A stretch of 64,000 nt of DNA, from contig CBDCDZ010000004.1 of the NCBI GenBank assembly GCA_965215565.1, positions 3,296,001 to 3,360,000 of the forward strand, read 5' to 3'. The stretch comes from Trueperaceae bacterium (GTDB taxonomy: Bacteria > Deinococcota > Deinococci > Deinococcales > Trueperaceae). Both the position numbers and the translations under genes were made by a program. The notes under the pieces were generated by a model. It made no database searches and was not told where the DNA came from. It worked only from the letters and a program-made list of their open reading frames with translations. Shown here piece by piece: positions 17,843 to 28,077 of the stretch (position 1 is its first letter; each line of letters opens with the position of its first letter).

Positions 17843-18928
17843 TTACGCCGCCGCTTCTGAAGCAACCTCTTGCAGATAGCGCCAAGCACGCTCCAAGTGC
17901 TCATTCGAGACGTCGCTGACTAGGCGGGGATGGCTGGGGGACTCGAGCAACACCCAGCGCACCTTGTCCGCCTTTTTCTTATCGCGTTCAATGTAAGGAA
18001 GCAGTTCCTCCAAAGAGGTGGCGCTGAAAGGCGCAGGGGAGACCCAGCGCAAGAACGCGCGCGTCTCCTCCAAGCCGCCGTGCCAGCCGCGTAGCTCTGC
18101 GGTTTTAGCGGCGAAGAGGAGCCCATAAGAGACCGCGTCGCCGTGCGTGAGCCCGTGCTCAGAGTGCGCCTCTAAAGCGTGCGCTAAGGTGTGCCCCAGG
18201 TTGAGGTGCGCCCGCACGCCGCCCTCGCGCTCGTCTTGCGCCACGATATTCGCCTTGACCTGCACGGAGCGCCCGATGAGGTCCGCTAGAAAGTCGCTTG
18301 GTCCGTCCCTGTGAAAGGTATCTTTCGACATATCACCGAGGATGCTGGGGTCTGCTAGGAGTCCGTGCTTGAAAAGTTCGACTGCGCCCTGCTTAAATTC
18401 GCGTTCGGGCAGCGTTCGCAAGGTCTCCACATCTATGATGACCTCTTTCGGCTGCCAGAACGCGCCGACTAAGTTCTTGCCTTCCGGCAGATTGATGCCC
18501 GTCTTGCCACCTACGCTAGCGTCCACCATCGCCAAGAGGCTCGTCGGGCAGATGTAAAAGTCAATTCCGCGCATGAACGACGCGGCGACAAAACCCGCGA
18601 GGTCGCTTACGACGCCGCCGCCTAGCGCGAGGACGGCGCTCTGGCGAGTCAGACCGTCCCCTGCCATCTTGCTCAGAAGCTGTCCGAACGTAGTGATGGA
18701 CTTGCTCGCCTCGCCTGGCGGCACGACGTAGCGCTTGACCCTCTTGCCGCAACCTTCTAAACTATGCGCTACCTCTTCAGCGTAGAGGGGTGCGACGTTG
18801 GCGTCGCTGATGAGGGCGACGCTTTGCGCCTTGACGGATTCGGCGGCTTGACTCAATCCCCTGCCGATAGTGACAGGGTAGGAGGGACGCACTTCAACGT
18901 TGACGGTGGCTGCGACGTTACTTGCCAT
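17843..18928 (-). CDS. aroB: 3-dehydroquinate synthase
   Basis: GGGVVSDLAGF, PTSLLAMVDASVGGKTGIN, LNLGHTLAHALE. Confidence 0.96.
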   Translation of the reverse strand: MASNVAATVNVEVRPSYPVTIGRGLSQAAESVKAQSVALISDANVAPLYAEEVAHSLEGCGKRVKRYVVPPGEASKSITTFGQLLSKMAGDGLTRQSAVLALGGGVVSDLAGFVAASFMRGIDFYICPTSLLAMVDASVGGKTGINLPEGKNLVGAFWQPKEVIIDVETLRTLPEREFKQGAVELFKHGLLADPSILGDMSKDTFHRDGPSDFLADLIGRSVQVKANIVAQDEREGGVRAHLNLGHTLAHALEAHSEHGLTHGDAVSYGLLFAAKTAELRGWHGGLEETRAFLRWVSPAPFSATSLEELLPYIERDKKKADKVRWVLLESPSHPRLVSDVSNEHLERAWRYLQEVASEAAA

Positions 18929-19505
18929 AGCTACCACGTTGCGTGTGCGCCTCATGCGTCCAAAGCCTATTCACAATCTCCTCAATGACGTCTTCGGAGT
19001 GACGACCGTCGGTGGAGACTTGGAGCGAGCCCGCGTCGTCGTAGGCGGCTTGGCGGGCGCTCATCAGCTCGCGGATGCGCCCCTGAGGGTTGCCGATCTC
19101 CAGGAGGGGGCGTTTGTGGCGGCGCGTGCGCTTGTAGATGGTCTCGGGGCTCGCAGTGAGCACGATGACCGGACCCCGGCTTTTGAGCATCCGCCTGTTC
19201 TCAGCGCGCATGACGGTGCCGCCGCCCGTTGAGATGACGACGTCGTCTAAGCGCAAGCAGCGGCGCACGATTTCGGTCTCGTACTCGCGGAAGACTGCCT
19301 CGCCGTACAGCTCGAAGATGTCGGGAATGCGCATACAACTGACGCGCTCGATGACCCTGTCGGTGTCGATAAAGTTTAGGCTCAAGCGCCTCGAGAGCTC
19401 CCATCCGATGCGGCTCTTGCCCGTTCCCATAAAGCCTGCCAAGGCGATCCAGGTGGCGGGGCGCTCCAGCATATGAGGTCTTGACATAAGTGTTGCCGTC
19501 GACAT
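18918..19505 (-). CDS. aroK: Shikimate kinase
   Basis: GFMGTGKS, DTD, STGGG, RPLL. Confidence 0.95.
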   Translation of the reverse strand: MSTATLMSRPHMLERPATWIALAGFMGTGKSRIGWELSRRLSLNFIDTDRVIERVSCMRIPDIFELYGEAVFREYETEIVRRCLRLDDVVISTGGGTVMRAENRRMLKSRGPVIVLTASPETIYKRTRRHKRPLLEIGNPQGRIRELMSARQAAYDDAGSLQVSTDGRHSEDVIEEIVNRLWTHEAHTQRGSYGK

Positions 19506-19512
19506 CGCGACG

Positions 19513-20667
19513 TCAAAACGCTTTTACGTAGTCGCGGTGCGCACGGGTGCGCTCGGTAATTTCACTCACCGTATCCGCGCCGAATTTCTCCATGAGCGCG
19601 TCCGCGAGCACGAGGGCGCTCATCGCTAAGAGAACGATAGAGGCGGCGGGCACGGCGGTCGTGTCCGAGCGCTCTCTAGCGGCGTCGGCTTTCTCGTGCG
19701 TGACGACGTCTACAGTGGGCAAGGGCTTCATCAGCGTGGCGATGGGCTTCATCGCGGCGCGTACGATGAGGTCTTCGCCGTTCGTGATGCCCGCCTCCAA
19801 GCCGCCTGAGCGGTTCGTCTTGCGCTCATAGCCGCCCTCTTCGCGGTAGATGGCGTCGTGAACCTGGCTACCGGGCACCGTCGCGTTGCGCCAGCCGTCA
19901 CCAATTTCGACACCCTTCATCGCCTGGATGCTCATGGCGGCTTGCGCCAAGCGCCCGTCCAGCTTGCGGTCCCACTGCGTGTGGCTGCCGAGCCCGACAG
20001 GAAGCCCCCTAAAACGCGCCTCGATAATGCCGCCTAACGTATCGCCATTTTTCTTGGCGTCGTCGATGCGGCGGATGACCTCTTCCTCCGCCGCTTTATC
20101 AAACGCGCGAATCGGGCTCTCATCGAGCGCGTCTAGGTTGTCCCAGTCCATGCCGCCGTCACAAGGAACACCCGCTAAGCTCACGACTCTCGCGCAGCCC
20201 TGTACGCCCGCTGTCTCCAGTAGGCGCAGCGCCACCGCGCCCGCCGCGACGCGGCTCGCCGTCTCGCGCGCAGAGGCGCGTTCTAAGACGTCGCGCAGGT
20301 CCTTATGACCGTACTTGATGCCACCTGCTAAGTCGGCGTGTCCAGGACGCGCCTCGGTGAGCGCCTTCTTGCGCGGCTCGTTGCCCGGCTCGGCGCTCAT
20401 GATCTCCTGCCAGTTGCGCCAGTCGCGGTTCTCGATCTGGAGCGAAAGGGGTGCGCCCGTGGTGCGTCCCGCGCGTACGCCAGCGAGAATTTTAACGCAG
20501 TCGCTCTCGATGACCATGCGCCTGCCGCGTCCGTACCCGCCCTGACGGCGGCGCAACCAAGGGTCGATGTGTTCGCCTGCGACGAGTTCCAAGCCAGCCG
20601 GTACGCCGTCTAGGAGGATAGAGAGGGCAGGTCCGTGTGATTCGCCTGCGGATAAAAACCTAATCAT
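19513..20667 (-). CDS. aroC: Chorismate synthase
   Basis: GESHG, RPGHAD, ERASARETA, MKPI. Confidence 0.97.
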   Translation of the reverse strand: MIRFLSAGESHGPALSILLDGVPAGLELVAGEHIDPWLRRRQGGYGRGRRMVIESDCVKILAGVRAGRTTGAPLSLQIENRDWRNWQEIMSAEPGNEPRKKALTEARPGHADLAGGIKYGHKDLRDVLERASARETASRVAAGAVALRLLETAGVQGCARVVSLAGVPCDGGMDWDNLDALDESPIRAFDKAAEEEVIRRIDDAKKNGDTLGGIIEARFRGLPVGLGSHTQWDRKLDGRLAQAAMSIQAMKGVEIGDGWRNATVPGSQVHDAIYREEGGYERKTNRSGGLEAGITNGEDLIVRAAMKPIATLMKPLPTVDVVTHEKADAARERSDTTAVPAASIVLLAMSALVLADALMEKFGADTVSEITERTRAHRDYVKAF

Positions 20668-20783
20668 TTATATAGCCTAGCACGTTGCGGGTAGAGCCAG
20701 AAGAAAGCTCACCACTTAGGACCGCAGCGTTGGCTGAGCACGACGCGATGTGTAGAGGTTCACGTGGTGTAAGCGGATAATAG

Positions 20784-20808
20784 AAAACCCCCTCCGGCGA
20801 GGAGGGGG
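20784..20808 (-). terminator. Intrinsic terminator after the pil operon
   Basis: CCCCCTCC/GGAGGGGG stem followed by TTTT on the minus strand. Confidence 0.75.
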
Positions 20809-20829
20809 CGAATGGAAATTATGGTTGGC

Positions 20830-22332
20830 TTACTCGAGCACGTCCGCCGTTACGATGAGGAGCAGCTCGCTGTTGGTCTCTTCCGTCGTGGTGGTGCTAA
20901 AGACGCTGCCGATGATAGGCAAGCTGCCGAGCAGCGGCACGCGCGAGACGGAGTCGCGCAACTCGTTTTGCAAAAGTCCGCCGAGCACGATAGTTTGACC
21001 GGGGTCGAGCGTCACCTGCGAATTGACGTTGCGCGTCGAGAGGTTGAGGAAGTTCGGGTTTTCCGACTCGGATACGACCGCCTCAACTTTGGCGTCTACG
21101 TTCAGAGTTACGCTGCCGTCGTTGGAAATCTGCGGACTCACTTCGATCTGTACGCCGTAAGGGATTTCGCGTTCGATGTTGGCGTCCACGCCGGGGATCG
21201 TAATGTAGATGGTGCCGCCCGACTGCAGCGTCGCCGTGCCGTTATTTTTCACGGTCAAGTTGCTGTCGTCCACGCGGCGGGCGAGCCCTTGTTGCTCCAG
21301 CGTGTCGAGCGTCGCGCCCAAGTTGAGACCCGTAATGGCTTTTTGCGCGTCGAACACGAAGCTGAGACCGGTGTCGAGTAGCGTGGTCGTGAATTTGCCG
21401 AGTTCGGCGCTCAAGTTGATGCCTAAGTCCTGCGCGGCGTTGCTGGTGATCTCTTGGATGCGTACCTGGACGTTGACCTGCTGCTGAGGCTGGTCGAGTT
21501 CGCTGATGATAGAGGCGATCTCACCTTGAACAGTCTCGGGTGCGGTGACGACGAGGCGGTTTGTACGGGTGTCTGCAGCGATGTTGATGTCGCTCGAACG
21601 AACAATCGTATTGGTCTGCGTGTCGGTGTTCTGGTTGCCTGCCGCGTCGAAGGAATTACCTTCCATCGTCACGGTCTCCTCTTCGTCGCCCACGACTGTC
21701 TCCTCGAGCACCTCTTTAAGCTCGTCGGCTTTGGCGTAGGAGAGCGCGTAGGCGCGCCTAACTGAGCGAGCCGCCTCAGGATCGAAGCGCCGTAATACAT
21801 CCGCGACGACCTCTTGTTGCGCTTCGGTGGCGCGCACCGAGAGAAGTCCGGTCTCGTCAAAGGCGCTGACGCTCACCTCGTCGCGCGGGGTGAACTGGCT
21901 GTCCAAGACGTCTTTGAGCTGGCTGGGCGTGTTGGTCACCGGATAGATGCGAACGACGACGGGCGCAGACGTTTGAGCGGGGCGCAAGCTCGCGAGCGAT
22001 TCAGGCGTGCCAACGACGACGATGTCGTTCTCCAAGAGCACGTAGTCGAGGTTGTTGAGCGTCAAAATGAGGCTCCACACCTGTCTAAAGGGCTTGGGCG
22101 TGCCGATGTCGTACGTGATGGTCTTGTCGGGTACGTCGTCCACGAGCGCGGTCAGCTCGACGGAGCGGGCAAGAGCGCTGATCATCATGCGCAGCGACTC
22201 GCCGCCGTTCGTCGTCTGAAATTCAACCGGCTGGTTGAACCGGCTGCTCTCCGGGAGAGGCGTCACCTGCGCGCTGGCTACCGAAAGCGCCAAGCCGAGG
22301 AGGAGGGTTAAGAGGATACGTTTCATGATCAC
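20830..22332 (-). CDS. pilQ: Type IV pilus/competence secretin
   Basis: Signal peptide, secretin N domains, C-terminal VPLLGSLPIIGSVFS...ELLLIVT; last gene of the pilMNO operon. Confidence 0.9.
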   Translation of the reverse strand: MIMKRILLTLLLGLALSVASAQVTPLPESSRFNQPVEFQTTNGGESLRMMISALARSVELTALVDDVPDKTITYDIGTPKPFRQVWSLILTLNNLDYVLLENDIVVVGTPESLASLRPAQTSAPVVVRIYPVTNTPSQLKDVLDSQFTPRDEVSVSAFDETGLLSVRATEAQQEVVADVLRRFDPEAARSVRRAYALSYAKADELKEVLEETVVGDEEETVTMEGNSFDAAGNQNTDTQTNTIVRSSDINIAADTRTNRLVVTAPETVQGEIASIISELDQPQQQVNVQVRIQEITSNAAQDLGINLSAELGKFTTTLLDTGLSFVFDAQKAITGLNLGATLDTLEQQGLARRVDDSNLTVKNNGTATLQSGGTIYITIPGVDANIEREIPYGVQIEVSPQISNDGSVTLNVDAKVEAVVSESENPNFLNLSTRNVNSQVTLDPGQTIVLGGLLQNELRDSVSRVPLLGSLPIIGSVFSTTTTEETNSELLLIVTADVLE

Positions 22333-23279
22333 CGCCTAAGAAGAATCAGGAGTAGAGAGTCGTCGTTTCGGGAGAGTTCGGCGCTCTGACCCGTGAGGTC
22401 AGTGAGCACGATGTCCGTATTGGGCAGCGTTTGCCCGAGGGGAACGAGAAAGGGGGCGGGCGCGTTCGCGGAGCGGAAGATGCCGACGCTGACCGGACCT
22501 AATACCGAGCCCGTGAAGGTGACTTGCTGGTCGCGCAAGTAAAGGCTGAGGTCGCTCGAGCCCGCTGCTAGAGGTAGGGAATTCGCTTCGTTCGCTTCGC
22601 CCTCGCTTTCAGCCACGAGTGGGTTCTGCGTCTTTTGTACGTTCGTCGGTGTGCTGATGGCGCTTCTTAACACATCGGGCGTGCTGGACAAGGTGCTCGT
22701 GGGCAATGAGCGCGGCAAACGTGTTTGACTTACCGCGCTCGTGCCAGGCGTACGCGCGCTAGGGATGGGCGCGCGGCGGCGTGGGGTGGGCGTCGGTGCA
22801 GTAGCTGTTTGAGGCTGCGGTTGCACGGGCACATCCGTGACTCTCTGCGTGTTTTGCTCGGGCGCAGGGTCTGCTTGCGCGACGACGAGCGGTGAGAAGG
22901 GGTTGACCGAGGCGCGTTGTCCGCTGCTCGCCTGTGTGAGGGGCATCTCGCTCTCTTCGACGTCTAACGTCGGCGCAGCTTCCGGTGCTGCCAGGGGCGC
23001 GGTCACGAGGAAGGGAAGCTCTGCCACCTGAAGTTCGCGGGCGATGCGCGGCTCGTTCGTCTCTTCCGCTTGCTCCTCCACTTGGCTCGCCTGCTGGTCC
23101 GCCTGCTCGGGTGCGAGAGGAGCGATTGCGCTCTCAGCCCTGTCGCGGTTGGGGACAGGTGTGCTGACCGCCGTCGGGGTGGACTCGCCCTGCTGCGTGG
23201 AAAAGTGCAGCACAGCGAAGCCGAGCCCTAACACGGCGAAGACGGCGACGAGGATGCGTGCTTCTTTAGATAAGGTCAC
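22329..23279 (-). CDS. PilW/PilP-position pilus accessory protein
   Basis: N-terminal TM, Pro/Thr-rich linker, NPFSPL motif; between pilO and pilQ like Thermus pilW. Confidence 0.65.
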   Translation of the reverse strand: MTLSKEARILVAVFAVLGLGFAVLHFSTQQGESTPTAVSTPVPNRDRAESAIAPLAPEQADQQASQVEEQAEETNEPRIARELQVAELPFLVTAPLAAPEAAPTLDVEESEMPLTQASSGQRASVNPFSPLVVAQADPAPEQNTQRVTDVPVQPQPQTATAPTPTPRRRAPIPSARTPGTSAVSQTRLPRSLPTSTLSSTPDVLRSAISTPTNVQKTQNPLVAESEGEANEANSLPLAAGSSDLSLYLRDQQVTFTGSVLGPVSVGIFRSANAPAPFLVPLGQTLPNTDIVLTDLTGQSAELSRNDDSLLLILLRR

Positions 23280-23911
23280 CGTCTCACCTCCGCCCGGTCT
23301 AGCGAGCCACCTAGTTCGTCCACAGGTTCCACATCGTCACCTGTAAAGACGTAAACCGTGAAGTCGTACGTTGCGCTGAGCGGAGGATTCACCGAGTCTT
23401 GATCGTTGACCGAGAGACCGACTTGACGAATTTTCGTAAAGCGCTCGAGCGCCTCTAGCGTCTGCAAGAAGTCCACCGTTTCGACGTACGTGCCTTCCGT
23501 GCCCATGCTGAAGCCGAGCGGACGAACGCCCTGCACGTCTTCGCCGCGCGCGCCGTTACTCTGCAGCGTGTCGAAGGTAACGCCTGCGTCATTCGCCGCC
23601 GTTCTGAGTTGATCGAGCAGTTGCGCCACCTCATTTTCGCGGGGCAGTTGTGCTAAAAAGGCGCGTCTGTCCGCCTCTAACTGTGCTACGGCGGCGCGTA
23701 GTTGGGGTAGGTTGGCCCTAGCCGCTTCGCCGCGCTGAATCTGCGTTTCTAAGCGGCTGATCTCGCTCTCCAATTCGGTGATGCGCTCCTGCGTTGACGT
23801 GTAGGGGTAGAAGTACCAGAACGCGCCGATAAGTGCGGTGAGCACGACGACAGCGAGCGCGATGTCACGCTGGCGCAAGTTGCGCAGTTTGAAGTTTTTA
23901 AGGGCGTTCAC
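23276..23911 (-). CDS. pilO: Type IV pilus assembly protein PilO
   Basis: TM, coiled coil, QLP.E.EV..LL, GTY...VDFL..LE.LERF. Confidence 0.9.
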   Translation of the reverse strand: MNALKNFKLRNLRQRDIALAVVVLTALIGAFWYFYPYTSTQERITELESEISRLETQIQRGEAARANLPQLRAAVAQLEADRRAFLAQLPRENEVAQLLDQLRTAANDAGVTFDTLQSNGARGEDVQGVRPLGFSMGTEGTYVETVDFLQTLEALERFTKIRQVGLSVNDQDSVNPPLSATYDFTVYVFTGDDVEPVDELGGSLDRAEVRR

Positions 23912-24573
23912 CGGATCACCTCCGCGCTCGTGTCGCCGTTGTCCTCGTCGCTTGACCCCTCTGGATCGGCTGCGCCGACGGTGAGGCTGAACGAGTAGAG
24001 GCTACTCTCGCTCTCCCTTGCCGCGTCTCTGAAGGACACTCCAAAGCGCGGTGAAGACTGAAGCTGCCGAATGTAATCCGCAAGAATCTCCGCGCTGCCC
24101 GCTGTGCCCTGAATGTCCATCTCGGCGACGACGGAGACGCCTTCGTACGTGCTGTCGCCCGCGAAGCGGTCCTGCGCGCCCTGATCGAGCGCCCGCATGT
24201 CGAGCTGGTTAAACGCGATGCGCGCGTCTAGGCTCCCGCCCTGCGCAGGCAACGTCTCCAACATGCTGAAAAGCTGCTCTGACCAAACGATGCGCCCTTC
24301 TCTGACCGCTCTGGCGATACCGACGAGCTCGTCCAGTTCGCGCTGACGCGCCCGCAGTTCGTTCTGCTCTTCGACGTAGGGGTGCAGCAGCTCGAGCCTC
24401 ACCTCGCGCTCCTCCTTCGTTTCGACGAGCTGCCGCTCGGTCTGCAAGGCGGAGAACTGAAGGATGCCAATCACGCCCAAAACGAGCACCGGGAACGCCA
24501 CGGCGATGAGCCGCCAGTAGCCCGGCTCGCGCCGCCGCTGTAAATTCTTAGGTAAGAGGTTGACGTTAATCAA
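23908..24573 (-). CDS. pilN: Type IV pilus assembly protein PilN
   Basis: INVNLLP PilM-binding motif, TM, coiled coil; start probably TTG 24573. Confidence 0.88.
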   Translation of the reverse strand: MINVNLLPKNLQRRREPGYWRLIAVAFPVLVLGVIGILQFSALQTERQLVETKEEREVRLELLHPYVEEQNELRARQRELDELVGIARAVREGRIVWSEQLFSMLETLPAQGGSLDARIAFNQLDMRALDQGAQDRFAGDSTYEGVSVVAEMDIQGTAGSAEILADYIRQLQSSPRFGVSFRDAARESESSLYSFSLTVGAADPEGSSDEDNGDTSAEVIR

Positions 24574-25753
24574 GACCCTCAACCCCTCTGAGCGCCAAGC
24601 CTATCGGTACGGCGAACTCGGGACCGACGCGGCGCAAGTAGTCCGCTTCGAACCGTCCGCCGCTCGTGTCCACCGTGAGCCAGGGGTCGCCTAACTCGAC
24701 GCGGAAGCCGAGCGCATCGCTGATCGCTTCGGGTAGCCCGCGCAGCTTCGCGCCACCACCCGTGATGAGCATCCGGTGGATGTCCGCGTCGCCCGCTTGA
24801 ACCCGGAAAAACTCCAAGCTGCGGCGAATCTCCGTGGTGAGTTCGACTAAGACGGGGCGGAGCGCTTCGTAGACACGCCCAGGGCTGTACTGCTCGCGTT
24901 TCGCGTCGAAGTTGAGGAGTTCCTCCTCGTCGTCGGTAGGAATCGTCGCGGTGCCGTAGTCCACTTTGATCTCTTCCGCCGAATCGAAGTCGAGCCCGAA
25001 CGCCCGCTGCAGAGCGGCCGTGAAGTCGTCGCCCGAGACGCCGATGTTGCGGTTCATCAGGACGCGCTGACCTCGTACGAGCGTAATGGTAGTACTCGAC
25101 GCCGCAATCTCCAACACGACGCCAATCTCTTCGGCTTCCGTGTAGAAGACGCCCGTGAGGTTCGTTTTATTGAGGTGCTCGCCCAAAAGTGCGCCTTTGA
25201 GTGAGCGCAGCAGCGAGAAGGGGCGCACGTCGACGATGATGGGCTCTAAACCCGCAAGCTTGAGGTACTCGACTTGCTGCGTGACCATGTCGAGCCGCGC
25301 CGCCGAGATAACCACCTCCAACTGCCCGTCGTCGTCGATGTCGGCGGGGTTGTCGAGCACGTAGTAGTCGAGCACAACCTCGTCGATGGGGTAGGGGATG
25401 TAGCGCTCCGCTTCCCACTTGATTGCCTCGTCCAACTCCTGCAAGGACATCTTGGGGACGTGGATATTGCGGGTGATCGCCAGCCGGTTGCTGACCGCCG
25501 CTACAACAAAACGTTTAGTGATGTTCGCCTCTTCGAATAGCGCCTTGATCTCGACGGCAAGACCTTCGGCGTCGAGCACCTGATCGTCTTGGATGAGACC
25601 GGGGGGCATCGGACGGATCGCCAGCGACTGGAGGACGGGAGGGGTACCGGCACGCAACTCAACAACCTTGAGAGCGCTGGTTCCAACCTCGAGCCCAACC
25701 GCTTCGATCCGTGGATTAAAGAGGCGCGAGACCGATTCGCGCAGTGAAGCCAT
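24566..25753 (-). CDS. pilM: Type IV pilus assembly protein PilM
   Basis: Actin-like fold, WEAERYIPYPIDEV, EIRRSLEFF, TGGGAKL. Confidence 0.95.
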   Translation of the reverse strand: MASLRESVSRLFNPRIEAVGLEVGTSALKVVELRAGTPPVLQSLAIRPMPPGLIQDDQVLDAEGLAVEIKALFEEANITKRFVVAAVSNRLAITRNIHVPKMSLQELDEAIKWEAERYIPYPIDEVVLDYYVLDNPADIDDDGQLEVVISAARLDMVTQQVEYLKLAGLEPIIVDVRPFSLLRSLKGALLGEHLNKTNLTGVFYTEAEEIGVVLEIAASSTTITLVRGQRVLMNRNIGVSGDDFTAALQRAFGLDFDSAEEIKVDYGTATIPTDDEEELLNFDAKREQYSPGRVYEALRPVLVELTTEIRRSLEFFRVQAGDADIHRMLITGGGAKLRGLPEAISDALGFRVELGDPWLTVDTSGGRFEADYLRRVGPEFAVPIGLALRGVEGLD

Positions 25754-25937
25754 AGTGTTCCCTCCTTGAGAACTTAGGGAACTTTAGCAACGGCTCTAGA
25801 CTCCAAGGGTAAAGTTTTTCCCGCATAGAGGAGGAAGTGTTATTTCTTACTAGAAACGCGCATCACGGGGTGTCAGCAGACACAAGGGGTGTCTTACAGA
25901 ATTCTTAGTTGAGGAAATTTCATCCTGCCGTTCAACG

Positions 25938-25965
25938 AGAAAGCCGCGCAACTTATGCGCGGCTT
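25938..25965 (-). terminator. Intrinsic terminator after ftsH (copy 1)
   Basis: AAGCCGCGCA/TGCGCGGCTT 10-bp stem. Confidence 0.7.
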
Positions 25966-25987
25966 AACACTCAAATTTCAGAGAGAA

Positions 25988-27895
25988 TTATCCCGGCTTA
26001 GGCATCATGCCAGGAGGTAACAGCGGTCCTTTCGAGGGCTTATCAGATTTAGGCGCGGGGGTGTGGGCGGGCGCGTCTTTTGCGAGCATGTCGCCGCTGT
26101 CCAAAGGCGGCAGCGTCTCGCCGCGCATGAGCATCGCGAACTCATCCGCGTGGAGCGTCTCGCGCTCTAGAAGTACCTCGACGATCGTCTCTAAGACCTC
26201 GCGCTGCTCCTCTAACATGTCGATGATACGGCTGTACTGCGCGTCGATGATCGACTTGACCTCGGTGTCGATAACTTTAGCGGTCTCTTCGCTGTAGGTG
26301 CGCGCGCCCTCCATCTCACCTAAATAGGAGTCGCTCGAGCTTGAGAGTGCAATCTTACCGAGCACGTCGCTCATGCCCCAGCGCGTCACCATCCGCATGG
26401 CGATGTCCGTCGCTTGCTGAAAGTCGTTCTGCGCCCCTGTCGTAACATCTTGAAAGATGATCTCTTCGGTAGCGCGCCCTGCTAACGCCACGCCGATGCG
26501 GTCTAAAAGCGCTAAACGCGTGACCGATACGCGGTCCTCATCGGGAAACTGCATGACGTAACCGAGCGCACGTCCGCGCGGCACGATAGTGATCTTGTGA
26601 ACCGGGTCGGCGCGTTCTAACATTTGCGCTGCCAATGCGTGCCCCGCCTCGTGGTACGCCGTGACCTTCTTCTCGCGGTCGCTGATGACGCGGCTGCGCC
26701 GCTCCGGTCCCATGACGACGCGGTCTGCTGCCTCGTCCAGGTCAGGGGACAAGATTTCTTTACGGCTCGCCCGCGCCGCAACCAAGGCGGCTTCGTTGAT
26801 GAGGTTCTCCAAATCTGCGCCTACAAAGCCGGGCGTACGTCTGGCAACCGTTTTGAGGTCGACGTTCTTAGCAAGAGGTTTGCCCCGCGCGTGGATGCGC
26901 AAAATTGCCTCGCGTCCCTTGACGTCGGGCGCGTCCACAACGACTTGCCTGTCGAAGCGTCCGGGGCGCAAGAGCGCCGGGTCCAGTACGTCGGGGCGGT
27001 TCGTCGCCGCGATGATGATGATGTCGTGCTTCGATTCGAAACCGTCCATCTCGACAAGAAGTGCGTTTAGAGTTTGCTCGCGCTCGTCGTTACCACCGTT
27101 CACGTTCATGCCGCGCCGACGTCCCACCGCGTCGATCTCGTCGATAAACACGATGCAAGGCGCGTTCTTCTTCGCGTTTTCGAAGAGGTCGCGCACGCGC
27201 GCCGCACCGACGCCTACAAACATTTCTACAAAGTCCGAGCCGGAGATGCTGAAAAAGGGCACTTTCGCCTCGCCCGCCACGGCTTTCGCGAGGTGCGTCT
27301 TACCTGAGCCTGGCGGTCCAACCATCAGCACGCCGTGGGGAATGCGCGCGCCTAATGCGTGAAACTTGCTGGGATTCTTGAGAAATTCCACCACTTCGAA
27401 GAGGTCGTTTTTCGCCTCCTCGACACCCGCGACATCCTTGAAGAGCGTCTGCGAGTTCTCCTCGGTGATCATGCGGGCTTTGGATTTGCCGAACTGCATC
27501 GCGCCGTCGCCGCCGCCGCGCATCCCGCGCATCAAGTACCATAAAAAGCCGATCATGAGTAAAATTGGCAAGAGAGTGATCAGAATGCCGCCCCAGTTGT
27601 TGCCCGGAGGTGCGACATCGACTTGGATGCCTTGGTCGCTAAAGCGCTCTAACGCCTCCGTTGTCAGCGGCGCTGAGATATTGGTGACGTACTCTTCGTC
27701 ACCGCGCGTGGTGACGACGATCTCGTTTTCCTTCACTAAAATTTCTCTAACCGCGTTATTGGTTACTTGGTCTCTAAAATAGCTATAAGGCTGGGTGTCA
27801 CCGCTATTTCTGGCATTATTTTGCGAGGCGACAAAAATGACGAGTCCTAAGACAGCGGCGGCAATGAGCAAGCTGCGTACTGGAAATTTCCCCAT
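25988..27895 (-). CDS. ftsH: ATP-dependent zinc metalloprotease FtsH (paralog 1)
   Basis: Two TMs, [26 protein letters not shown]. Confidence 0.96.
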   Translation of the reverse strand: MGKFPVRSLLIAAAVLGLVIFVASQNNARNSGDTQPYSYFRDQVTNNAVREILVKENEIVVTTRGDEEYVTNISAPLTTEALERFSDQGIQVDVAPPGNNWGGILITLLPILLMIGFLWYLMRGMRGGGDGAMQFGKSKARMITEENSQTLFKDVAGVEEAKNDLFEVVEFLKNPSKFHALGARIPHGVLMVGPPGSGKTHLAKAVAGEAKVPFFSISGSDFVEMFVGVGAARVRDLFENAKKNAPCIVFIDEIDAVGRRRGMNVNGGNDEREQTLNALLVEMDGFESKHDIIIIAATNRPDVLDPALLRPGRFDRQVVVDAPDVKGREAILRIHARGKPLAKNVDLKTVARRTPGFVGADLENLINEAALVAARASRKEILSPDLDEAADRVVMGPERRSRVISDREKKVTAYHEAGHALAAQMLERADPVHKITIVPRGRALGYVMQFPDEDRVSVTRLALLDRIGVALAGRATEEIIFQDVTTGAQNDFQQATDIAMRMVTRWGMSDVLGKIALSSSSDSYLGEMEGARTYSEETAKVIDTEVKSIIDAQYSRIIDMLEEQREVLETIVEVLLERETLHADEFAMLMRGETLPPLDSGDMLAKDAPAHTPAPKSDKPSKGPLLPPGMMPKPG

Positions 27896-28077
27896 AGTCT
27901 AGTTTACTCCTTTGAGCCCGTGAGGGTGTGTAAGCGGATGCTATCTAGGACACTCTTCACAATGAGATAGGCGTTACGCTAGCGCCGCAGATAGGGTTAC
28001 GTCCATCCTAGTACGGCGCTAATGTGATGCGACGTACAGTTGAACATCGCACCGCTTTTGTGAAGCTGGCTGAACCC

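Noticed and set aside
17411..25753. pil operon adjacent to aro genes
   Set aside because: pilQ-aroK-aroB linkage is a well-known conserved synteny.
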